Assembly (NCBI GenBank): GCA_022750415.1
Contig: JAKIVT010000004.1
Span: 1 to 54,969, forward strand
Length of the DNA stretch: 54,969 nucleotides
DNA from: Thermoplasmata archaeon
GTDB lineage: Archaea; Thermoplasmatota; Thermoplasmata; Lutacidiplasmatales; UBA184
Direction: 5' to 3'
The position numbers were made by a program, and so were the translations under genes. The notes under the pieces were generated by a model that worked only from the letters and a program-made list of their open reading frames with translations, had not been told where the DNA came from and made no database searches. Positions 29,192-37,719 of this stretch are shown one piece after another. Positions within the stretch are counted from its first letter, which is position 1. Each line of letters starts with the position of its first letter.

Positions 29192-30442
29192 GTGGTGCGA
29201 TTCCCGGTCCTCCTGCTCGGGGCGTTCGGCCTCTCCTTGTTCCGCCGCCCGGAGCCGGATCTCGCCGTCGCCCCACCGTACCCCCTGCTCGTCGACATGG
29301 TTCCCGGGGTCCTCCTCGTTCTCGACGAGAAACGGATGGTCCGGTATGCCAACGGCGCCGTCGTGCCGGTCCTCGGTTACGAAGTGTCGGAAGTCCTCGG
29401 CCGGCCCCTCTCCGCGTTCTTCGTGGCGGAGTCGCGGGCCGCCCTCGCGAACCTCCTCGATGGGCTCCAGTCGGGGGAACCGCGACGGAGGCTCGAGCTT
29501 CCCGCGAAGAGCCGCATGGGCGCAACGGTGCCGGTCGAGGTGACCGCCGAACCGGTCGGTCGCTCGAAGTCCGGCCCGGTCGCGGTGTTTCTTCGCAATC
29601 TCACGGAGCGGGACGCCTTGACGGAGGCCCTCGCCCTCCGGGCCGCGGAGCTCGCCCGGTCCAACAAAGACCTCGAGCAGTTCGCGTACGTCGCCTCGCA
29701 CGACCTCCAGGAGCCGCTCCGGATGGTCGGCAGCTACACGCAGCTTCTCGGCGAGAAGTACGCCGGAAAGCTCGACAGCGATGCGGAGGAGTACCTCCGA
29801 TTCACCCACGACGGGGTCGTCCGGATGCGGCAGCTCATCGACGACCTGCTCGCCTTCGCCCGCGTCGGAACCCGGGGAAAGCCGTTCGAACCGGTCGCGG
29901 TCGAGGAGGTGTTCGACCAGGCGGTCGGCAACCTCGAGGCGGCCATCGCGGCGAAGGGCGCCGTGGTGACGCACGGCCCGCTCCCGAAGGTCGAGGGCGA
30001 CCGGGGGCAGTTGGTCCAGCTCCTCCAAAACCTGATCGGAAATGGGCTGAAGTTCCACGGTTCCGGCCCCCCCCACATCCGGGTCGAGGCCGTACGCGAG
30101 GGCGCGGTCTGGCGAATCTCCGTCCAGGACGACGGGATCGGCATCGCCCCCGAGTACCAGGCGAAGATCTTCCTGATGTTCCAGCGGCTCCACACCCGGG
30201 AGGAGTACCCGGGCTCGGGGATTGGCCTCGCGATCTGCAAGCGGGTGGTGGAGCGCCACGGAGGTCAGATCGGCGTCGAGAGCACGGGCCGGCCCGGACA
30301 CGGTACGCGCTTCTGGTTTACCCTCTCGACCGGTGGGGGCCATCCGACCCTGTCCACGGCTCCGGCCGTGGCCGAGCACGACGTCTCGATGGCCGAGCGG
30401 GCGCAGTCGCTCATCCAGGAACGGCTGCAGGAGCTGATCTGA
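29192..30442 (+). CDS. PAS-domain sensor histidine kinase (Cph1-like HisKA/HATPase)
   Basis: PAS (LLVDMVPGVLLVLD...YAN...LGY), H box FAYVASHDLQEPLR, QNLIGNGLKF, DDGIGI, FQRLH, GSGIGLAICK; start uncertain (28988 or 29192). Confidence 0.93.
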   Translation: MVRFPVLLLGAFGLSLFRRPEPDLAVAPPYPLLVDMVPGVLLVLDEKRMVRYANGAVVPVLGYEVSEVLGRPLSAFFVAESRAALANLLDGLQSGEPRRRLELPAKSRMGATVPVEVTAEPVGRSKSGPVAVFLRNLTERDALTEALALRAAELARSNKDLEQFAYVASHDLQEPLRMVGSYTQLLGEKYAGKLDSDAEEYLRFTHDGVVRMRQLIDDLLAFARVGTRGKPFEPVAVEEVFDQAVGNLEAAIAAKGAVVTHGPLPKVEGDRGQLVQLLQNLIGNGLKFHGSGPPHIRVEAVREGAVWRISVQDDGIGIAPEYQAKIFLMFQRLHTREEYPGSGIGLAICKRVVERHGGQIGVESTGRPGHGTRFWFTLSTGGGHPTLSTAPAVAEHDVSMAERAQSLIQERLQELI

Positions 30443-30512
30443 GGCGTTCGAGGGGCTCGGGACCGATGCGGATTCGCGCCACAACGTTCTTGAAAGGCGG
30501 GACCGTTCTCCG

Positions 30513-30974
30513 ATGTTGACGATGACCCGTACCGGGAGCCCCGAGGCGGGGACCGTCCACATCCTGGTCGCCGAGGACAGCGTTGCCGACGCCGGTCTGA
30601 TCCGCGAGGCGATGCGGACCAGTCGGATCTCGAACGAGCTGCATGTCGTTCCCGACGGCGTCGAGGCCCTCGCGTACCTTCGGAGGACGGGCAAATATTC
30701 GGGATCCCCGCGACCGAGCATGATCTTCCTCGACCTCAACATGCCCCGGAAGGACGGGCGGGAAGTCCTCCGGGAGATCAAGGCGGACGCCGACCTGCGG
30801 CGGATCCCGGTGATCATCCTCTCCTCATCGGGCGCGGAGGAAGACGTGGTCGGCGCGTACGACCACCACGCGAACGTCTACATCCGCAAACCCGTCGACT
30901 TCGAGGCGTTCCGCGGGATCGTCCGCCAGATCGAGAGCTTCTGGTTCTCGGCCGCCGAGCTTCCGGGCGCCTGA
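30513..30974 (+). CDS. Single-domain response regulator (Rcp1-like)
   Basis: LVAED, NELHVVPDGVEAL, FLDLNMPRKDGREVL, IPVIILSSS, KP, FW. Confidence 0.93.
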   Translation: MLTMTRTGSPEAGTVHILVAEDSVADAGLIREAMRTSRISNELHVVPDGVEALAYLRRTGKYSGSPRPSMIFLDLNMPRKDGREVLREIKADADLRRIPVIILSSSGAEEDVVGAYDHHANVYIRKPVDFEAFRGIVRQIESFWFSAAELPGA

Positions 30975-30992
30975 CCCGAACGGAGGCGCGCG

Positions 30993-32195
30993 ATGCCTCC
31001 CCGCCCCCTCGAGGTCCTCCTCGTCGAGGACCAATCCGGCGATGCCCGTCTCGTCGAACTCGCCTTGGCGAGCGAGCCAGCGGGGGAGTTCGTTCTCCGC
31101 CGCGCCACCCGAATCTCCGAGGCGCTGGCCCTCCTGGGCGAACGGCACGCCGACGTCCTCCTCCTCGACCTCGGCCTCCCCGACAGCCAGGGGTTCGAGG
31201 GGCTCCACGCGATCCGGGCCGCCGACCCGCGGACGGCAGTGGTCGTCCTCTCCGGGACCGAGGACCCCGAACTCGTCGGCAGGGCCGTCGGGGAGGGGGC
31301 CGAGGAATACGAGGTGAAGGGGCTGACCGCGCGCGGGTACCTGGGGGGCGTGGTGCGTGCCGCCGTCGTCCTCCGAGCGTCCCGGGCACGACTGGCCGAC
31401 CCGAGACCGGTCGAGCCCGAGGAGCTTTCGGAGCTCGACACCCTCTCCGAGGCGGTCGCGGTCCTCGAGGCCGATCGCCTCCGACGCGTCAATCGCACGT
31501 GGCGGCGGCTGTTCGATTGGTCGGAGAAGGTTCCCGTCGACCTCCCGTCGCTCGTTCGCGACGCCGTGACCCGCGTGGGGCGAGTGGGCGGCCGCCCGGC
31601 GACCGGACCCGGCCCGATCACCGCCTGGGGGGAAGGGGTGGTCCAACGGGCCGACGGCCGAAAGACGAGCGTGCGCTACATCGTCGAGACGTGGCCGGTA
31701 CCTTCCGGACCGCGCGTCCTCCTTCGAATTCGACCCCGCGCAGCAACTGGAACCGGGTCCGGCTCCGGGCGGGACCCTGCCTGGGTTGCTCCCTCTGGGG
31801 GGGCCGACCCCACGCCGCTCGGTCCCCTCCCAAACCGTGGGGACCGCGGAGCGGTGCTGGACTCGGATGCGTGGGTGGCGATTCGGGAGATCGCGGGGGG
31901 GGATCCGACGTTCGTCCCGCAGCTCCTCGAATCGTTCCGAACCTACGGAGCCGAGCTCGTGACGGCCCTCGTCGCGGCCGACGACCGGCGCGACCTCGAC
32001 GAAGTGCAAAGGTCGGCGCACACCCTGAAGTCGACGAGCGCGCAGGTCGGGGCGACCCGACTCGCCGAGATCTCCCGCGACATCGAGAATGCGTGTCGGG
32101 CGGGGCGATCGGACCGCGCCAGGGAACTGGTCGCTCAGGTCGAGCCCGAATTCCGAGAGGTGTTGAAGGCCCTACGGAGCCCACCGGGGGCGTGA
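30993..32195 (+). CDS. REC - degenerate PAS-like - Hpt phosphorelay protein
   Basis: N-terminal REC (LLVED, LLDLGLPDSQG); C-terminal Hpt (AHTLKSTSAQVGA). Confidence 0.85.
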   Translation: MPPRPLEVLLVEDQSGDARLVELALASEPAGEFVLRRATRISEALALLGERHADVLLLDLGLPDSQGFEGLHAIRAADPRTAVVVLSGTEDPELVGRAVGEGAEEYEVKGLTARGYLGGVVRAAVVLRASRARLADPRPVEPEELSELDTLSEAVAVLEADRLRRVNRTWRRLFDWSEKVPVDLPSLVRDAVTRVGRVGGRPATGPGPITAWGEGVVQRADGRKTSVRYIVETWPVPSGPRVLLRIRPRAATGTGSGSGRDPAWVAPSGGADPTPLGPLPNRGDRGAVLDSDAWVAIREIAGGDPTFVPQLLESFRTYGAELVTALVAADDRRDLDEVQRSAHTLKSTSAQVGATRLAEISRDIENACRAGRSDRARELVAQVEPEFREVLKALRSPPGA

Positions 32196-32229
32196 GTCTC
32201 GACGACGCGTGGGGGCCGGACCGCCCGAG

Positions 32230-32676
32230 CTAGGTTTCGTCCCGGAGGCGAGCGAGGAGTTTGCGAAGCTCCGAGGGTTGGAGCGGCTTCGTGAGGACGT
32301 GGTACGCGCCCGCTTTGACGAGCTCCCGGACCCTCGGGTCGTCCGGCGGGTTGCCGCTGCACACGATGAGCTTCAACTGCGGCTTCCGCGCCATCATGTA
32401 CCGGGCCGCCTCGAGCCCTCCGTCGAGGGGGGAGGGCGAGGCCGCCAGGAACCCGAAGAATCCGTCGCCCGCGCTCCGCACCGGTGTGCCGAGGGGGAGC
32501 GTGATGTCCGCGAAGACGACGTCCGGGTGGTCCTGCTCAAACCGCTCGATCGCCTTGCTCGCGGTCTCCGCCTCCGCAATCGCCTCGTCGGCGACCCCGC
32601 CGGACTTCAGGGTCTGGCGAATCGCCAGACGGACCACCGGCGAGTCTTCGACAATCAGGAACCGGGGTGTCGGCAT
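32230..32676 (-). CDS. Single-domain response regulator with loop insertion
   Basis: LIVEDS, VVFADITLP, IVCSG, LTKP. Confidence 0.88.
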   Translation of the reverse strand: MPTPRFLIVEDSPVVRLAIRQTLKSGGVADEAIAEAETASKAIERFEQDHPDVVFADITLPLGTPVRSAGDGFFGFLAASPSPLDGGLEAARYMMARKPQLKLIVCSGNPPDDPRVRELVKAGAYHVLTKPLQPSELRKLLARLRDET

Positions 32677-32820
32677 CCACTCTGGACGGCGACCCTCCCC
32701 GTGGTCGTCGTCGGATTCGAATGCTCGGCCGGGCGGATAAACCCTTTCGGGTGGCCGGTGGGGTACCGCGCGATCCCGGCAGGCCCCGGGCGGGGGTGGG
32801 TCCGTGCCCGGGACCCTCGC

Positions 32821-34350
32821 TCAGACGATTCGCAACAGGTCGTAGGGTCCCCCGTCGGACGCCTCGGTCAACACGAAGCCGGGGGTCCACGGCTTGGAAC
32901 CGTAGAGGAAGACCCGTCCGAGGCGGGTGTGGAGCCGGATGCGGAGGGCGGCGAGCGACCGAATCGGCTTGGCGAGCGGAGTGTCCGGTCGGGCGATCGC
33001 AATGAGGTGCAAGTTCGCCCCGCCAAGGGTCGCCTGGAGGCCGCCCAGGAAGGTGGCGGCGATGTCCGGCGTGATCGCGACCCGGAGGGAGGCTGCCAAC
33101 GACTCGAGCCCGGAGACGTAGAGCACGACGAGGCTCGGGAACGACCCGGAACCGTCTCCCTTGAGCCAGCTCGTCAATTCGGCGTCCCGCGCTTCCGGGT
33201 TGGAGGCCGAGGGGATCAACGTGCTCGGCGCCACGACCGAGCCCGCGAGCTCCGGTCGGGTCGCCGCGACCCGGGGGCCGAGGTCCCGGGTGACGTCGAC
33301 GACCCGGAAGGCCCGAGCGAGCTGTTCCGCGGGCACGACTCCGTCGATGCCGGCCCAGATCTCTTCCGCCGAAAGCGAAGCGGCGGGAACGAGAAGAACG
33401 TGCCCGCCCCGGCGCATGGTGTGCCCGATTACCGGGCGCAGCAAGTGCTGGAGGACCGAGTCGGGGAGGTCTTCGTCCGCTTCCAGGAGGCTCATCTTCC
33501 CGAGGGGAAGTCGGCCGAAGTTCTCCGCGAAGCTCTTCGACCCCGGCCAGAGCTGATGCGGAATCGGGTCGGGCTCGGGGTCGATCTCGCCGCCCCGAAG
33601 GTCGACGTTCGCTCGGACCGGCTCGATGCATTGGAACTTCGCCCCTTCGACGGTGTACGGATACGACGAGTTCGCCACTCGGATTCCGCGGAGCTTCGGA
33701 AGGAGGAGCCACCGTTCCAGCCGGTCGTCCGTCAACTCGCGCCGGGTGACGACGACGCCGTTGACGAGGTAGTCCAACTGGGACTGTTCCTCCCGTTCGA
33801 GCACGAGAATGAGGTGGGAGCGGGACCGACCCATCCGACGGAGCAGCATCCGCTCGACCTCGGCCCGGTCGAGCGAGTCCGGTCCCTGGTGGCTCCGCAT
33901 CCCGAGATACTGCTCGACGAGGGCGTCCCAAGAGTCGATGACGACGACCGAGGGCCGGTCGTTCGGAAGCCGACTCCAAGCATCCTGCACCGGCGACGGG
34001 AGCATCAGGAACTCCGCGAGCGCCTGGCGCTCGGTCGGCTCTCCGTCCTCCAGGATCGCGGTCCCCGTTGCGGTCGCGAACCCCCCGCGGTACGGCGGGT
34101 CGGTCGCGCTCGCGTCGACCAAATGGATCGCGGCCGCCCCAACCTCGCCGATCCACGGGAACTCCCGGCGGAGCTCCCCTTGGGACACGCGGCTGGTGAC
34201 GAGGACGCGTTCTCCCGCGAACGCTTCGAGGAGCGCAAGGCACAGCGTCGATTTTCCGGACCCTGGCGGGCCCCGGACGAGGAGGGTCTGCGGGCCGGGC
34301 AAGGCGAGGAACTCGCGAAGTTCGGCCGGGAGGCGGACTGCAGAACTCAT
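32821..34350 (-). CDS. GvpD-like/KaiC-related P-loop ATPase (active N-domain, degenerate C-domain)
   Basis: LLVRGPPGSGKST, VVIDSWDA, LDYLVNGVV, KLRG; second half has no P-loop. Confidence 0.8.
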   Translation of the reverse strand: MSSAVRLPAELREFLALPGPQTLLVRGPPGSGKSTLCLALLEAFAGERVLVTSRVSQGELRREFPWIGEVGAAAIHLVDASATDPPYRGGFATATGTAILEDGEPTERQALAEFLMLPSPVQDAWSRLPNDRPSVVVIDSWDALVEQYLGMRSHQGPDSLDRAEVERMLLRRMGRSRSHLILVLEREEQSQLDYLVNGVVVTRRELTDDRLERWLLLPKLRGIRVANSSYPYTVEGAKFQCIEPVRANVDLRGGEIDPEPDPIPHQLWPGSKSFAENFGRLPLGKMSLLEADEDLPDSVLQHLLRPVIGHTMRRGGHVLLVPAASLSAEEIWAGIDGVVPAEQLARAFRVVDVTRDLGPRVAATRPELAGSVVAPSTLIPSASNPEARDAELTSWLKGDGSGSFPSLVVLYVSGLESLAASLRVAITPDIAATFLGGLQATLGGANLHLIAIARPDTPLAKPIRSLAALRIRLHTRLGRVFLYGSKPWTPGFVLTEASDGGPYDLLRIV

Positions 34351-34503
34351 GGCCCGAAACGTCGGGGGCTGATCCGAGCCCTCTGGGTGAAATTGGGGGT
34401 CCCTAGGGTATTAGGGTGTCGTTTGGAGGGTGCGACGCACCCGTCGGCAGCTAGGGTCTGAAACCGGCGTGCCTCGGGCGGGATTCCTGGGGGAGCGCCC
34501 GCC

Positions 34504-34926
34504 CTACGGGCGGGCCCGCATCCGGTTGCCCTTCGGGTTGTGTTCGACCTCGGCGAGGCCGAGCTTTTCGAGGACCGGAGGGACGTAGTTTCCAAATCGG
34601 CCACGGAGGCCTTTCTTGAGGCCGTACCAGCCACCGACGGGGTTCTTCGGGGACCGACCCCAGGCTTCCACGGTCCCGTCGGCCGCGGGTTTCTGTTCGT
34701 CGGCGCTCCCGAGGGGCATCCAGTCGCCGTGCCTCTTCAACGCGGCGGCGAGGTCGTCGATGCAGCGCAGCTGGTACCGGAGCTCGGTATTGCCGACTTG
34801 GACGACGAGGGCGGGCGGGTCGAGGCTCGGATCCCGGAAGGCGACGAATTCGGAGGCACCGCTCGGGGTCTTGAGGGTCCAGGGGTGCTCGCGGGTCCCT
34901 TCGCTGGCCGGCTTTCCCTCTCCCAT
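34504..34926 (-). CDS. Conserved hypothetical protein (DUF6855-like, from memory)
   Basis: GTREHPWTLKTP...GDWMPLGSADEQK...TVEAWGRS...GGWYGL...RGRFG...NRMRA. Confidence 0.7.
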   Translation of the reverse strand: MGEGKPASEGTREHPWTLKTPSGASEFVAFRDPSLDPPALVVQVGNTELRYQLRCIDDLAAALKRHGDWMPLGSADEQKPAADGTVEAWGRSPKNPVGGWYGLKKGLRGRFGNYVPPVLEKLGLAEVEHNPKGNRMRARP

Positions 34927-35158
34927 GTTCGTGACTGTCGAACGGAGGGTTCCCCCTGGTTCAACAGGCGCAGGAATGGCCCTCAGGGCTTAGACGTTCC
35001 GGTTTCTCTCTTGACAGCCGACCGCCGATTCGCCCGCCGGCCGACACCCCGGATCGGAACGCAAGGGCCGGGCCCGATCTTCGAGCGCCCGCTTGCGCTC
35101 GATGCGGTGTCGGGGGAGACCTCCTCGTAATCTGGCTCCCCGAGCCTGAACGGATTGG

Positions 35159-35413
35159 ATGGCCCCAGAGCCCTCGCCAACGGCACTGCCGAGGGTCCAT
35201 CCGGGCGTCGCGCCCGGCCTGCTTGCGCCCGTGCTCACGATTCTCCGGGCCACCCCGACGCCGATCCGCCGGCGGAAACTTCTCGAGGAACTCGAACGCC
35301 GAGGGCATCGAATCTCGCTGGCGGGATTGAACCGAATCCTCCAGCAATGCCGGGACGACGGGCTCACGCAGGAATCGCCGGACGGAATCCGGCTCGCCCC
35401 TCGGACGCCGTGA
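35159..35413 (+). CDS. Small winged-helix-like hypothetical protein
   Basis: 84 aa, VLTILR...RRKLLEELERRG...SLAGLNRILQQCRDDGL. Confidence 0.55.
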   Translation: MAPEPSPTALPRVHPGVAPGLLAPVLTILRATPTPIRRRKLLEELERRGHRISLAGLNRILQQCRDDGLTQESPDGIRLAPRTP

Positions 35414-35692
35414 TCCGAGTTCCATTCGGCGTTTCCGGGGCCGGTCGGAGCGGCGACACGCGGCCCGCTTCGAGGGGGCCTACGGACGGGGTGACCCGCT
35501 TACACCAGAACTTCGGTCCCAGCGCACCGGTCGGATTGACCTCGGCCGAAATGGCGACCATTAAGTAGGCGCTCGCTTCGAGCGAATGCGTATGCATCCG
35601 TCTTGCGCCAGCGCCCCCATCGACGACCTCGCCAGCCCCGGGTCCGACGAGATGCGAGGAACCCACCCGGGAACGTAGTCGAAGGTCGGACC

Positions 35693-37597
35693 ATGCTGAA
35701 TTGGGATCAGTGGCCCTGGGGTCTCGCCGGCCTCCTGGTCCTCATTGGAGTTCTTCTGGCCTGGGCCATCGCCCGGCTCCGGCGGTCGCTCGACGGCGGC
35801 CACCGACTTGCCCCCTTGACCGGCGAAACGTACTCCGTGTTTACGGGGGTCCGGTCGGAGGCGCCTCCCGCGTTCCGTGGGTTTGCCTGGAAGTTCACCG
35901 TTACGTTCGCCCTCCTCGGTGGGGCGCTCCTCCTCCTGAGCCCGTGGCTGTTCGGGGGGTTCGGGCTCCTCGAGCAGTGGCTCGCGACGATCGGGATGTG
36001 GCCTCGACCCGTCCGCTTCGAGGTCTCGACGGACTTCGTGTTCCTTCTCTTCCTCTCGCTGTTCGGGACCCTCAGCATGGTGGCCGGCCTCGAATTCGAT
36101 GCGGTGCGCTGCTCGGTGCAAGAGCGGACTCGGCCGCTCGTTTACATGGGGCTCTACATCCTCGCCGCGGCCTCGCTCGACGTCGCCCTCGCGTCCTGGC
36201 ACTGGTCGCTCGCGTACAGCCTGATTCCCCGGTCCTTGTTGGGGGGTGCGTTCTACACCGTCGCCCTGTTCCGCCTCGCGAGCCGACCGCGCCCCCTCCT
36301 CGTGACGCCGGAGCGGCACGACCGGTCGACGCGGGTCTCGTTCGCGGTCTGCTTGGGGGCGAGCGTCGTCACCGCCATTGGCGTCGTGTTTCTTCTCTAC
36401 CCGATCTGGCTCACGGCGACCGACACCGTCATTCGCGTCGCGTTCCTGCTCCTGATCCCATCCCTCGGCGTCGTGTTCTTCGGGGTCTACGGGCTCTTCC
36501 TCTATCTCCGGACCGAGCAGAAGGAGGCGCGGACCCGCCCCACCTTGGAAGCATTCCATCCTCCCGTCTCGATCATCATCCCGGCGTACAACGAAGCCGC
36601 GACCATCGCGGAAACGCTGGCCCGCGTCGACGCGGCGGCCGCCGAGTACCCGGGCCCGGTCGAGGTTATCGTCGGCAATGACGGGTCCACCGACCGGACT
36701 GCGGAGGTCGCCCGAACGGCGATGCAATCGTTCCGCCACGCGACCGGTCGGTGCCTCGACCTCGTCCACGGCGGGAAGTCGAGTGCGCTGAACGGGGCGC
36801 TCCTCGAAGCGACCGGCGACGTGGTCCTCCGGATCGACGCCGACACGCCGGTGGTCCGGTTCGCCTCGATCATCCCGTACTTTTCCGACCCGGACATGGG
36901 GGAGGTCCAGGGACGAATTCTCCCGATCCGCCGGACCGGATGGATCGCCCGGTTCCGGCTCATGGAGGTGATGTGGAACCACGCGTTCTTCCGCCGCGCG
37001 CTTCTCGTCACCGGCACCCTCCAGGTCCTTTCCGGGAACTTCTGCGCCTTCCGACGGGACCGGCTCCTCGCCGCGGGCGGATGGGTCCCTTGGAACGGGG
37101 AGGACGCGGAAATCTCGATTCGATTCCTCCGGCTCGGATACAAGATGCGCCTCGAGCTCACCTCCCTCGCCTACGAGGACACACCGAGCACCCTCCCGAG
37201 TTTGCTCAAGCAACGGATCCGCTGGAATCGGGGCGGCTTCTTCTCGCACGCTTACCACTACGGAGCGGTCTTCGGCGCCCTGGAGTGCGGCGCGGCCAGC
37301 CTCTACTGGTGGCTCTGGCTCGCGGTCCGCAGCGCCCGGAAGTACCTCGTTCTCGTCTTCGCCATCGCGCTTTCCCTGACCGTCCTACCGTTCGACCTCG
37401 TCCGGGTTCTGGTGCTGATGAGCCTCCTCTTCGTCCCCCGGGTCCTCGTCATCGCGGCGTTCCTGATCCGCTGGGGATTCCTCAAGCAGATCGGTTGGGC
37501 GTTGGCCTGGCCCGTCCTCTGGGTGTTCAAGTCGTACTTTTACCTCGAGTCGCTGGGCACCATCCTCCCCGGAAACGCCCCGGAGTTCTCCGACTGA
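35693..37597 (+). CDS. Processive family-2 glycosyltransferase (polysaccharide synthase-like) with N-terminal multi-TM extension
   Basis: IIIPAYNE, NDGSTD, GGKSSALN, DAD, ED, QRIRW (D,D,D,QxxRW set); TM helices on both sides. Confidence 0.9.
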   Translation: MLNWDQWPWGLAGLLVLIGVLLAWAIARLRRSLDGGHRLAPLTGETYSVFTGVRSEAPPAFRGFAWKFTVTFALLGGALLLLSPWLFGGFGLLEQWLATIGMWPRPVRFEVSTDFVFLLFLSLFGTLSMVAGLEFDAVRCSVQERTRPLVYMGLYILAAASLDVALASWHWSLAYSLIPRSLLGGAFYTVALFRLASRPRPLLVTPERHDRSTRVSFAVCLGASVVTAIGVVFLLYPIWLTATDTVIRVAFLLLIPSLGVVFFGVYGLFLYLRTEQKEARTRPTLEAFHPPVSIIIPAYNEAATIAETLARVDAAAAEYPGPVEVIVGNDGSTDRTAEVARTAMQSFRHATGRCLDLVHGGKSSALNGALLEATGDVVLRIDADTPVVRFASIIPYFSDPDMGEVQGRILPIRRTGWIARFRLMEVMWNHAFFRRALLVTGTLQVLSGNFCAFRRDRLLAAGGWVPWNGEDAEISIRFLRLGYKMRLELTSLAYEDTPSTLPSLLKQRIRWNRGGFFSHAYHYGAVFGALECGAASLYWWLWLAVRSARKYLVLVFAIALSLTVLPFDLVRVLVLMSLLFVPRVLVIAAFLIRWGFLKQIGWALAWPVLWVFKSYFYLESLGTILPGNAPEFSD

Positions 37598-37719
37598 TGA
37601 CCGCGGGAGTCGACCTTCCGGGCGGGGAGTCGGTCCGAGGTGGACCAGCCGACCTCCATCGGCCAACTGGCCGCGCTCGGGTACCCGCCTCCCCGTGCAC
37701 CAAGCTCCACCCGAGCGAG

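Noticed and set aside
32821-34350. Gas vesicle locus
   Set aside because: Only GvpD-like ATPases are present; no gvpA/C/N/F/L-like genes in the window.
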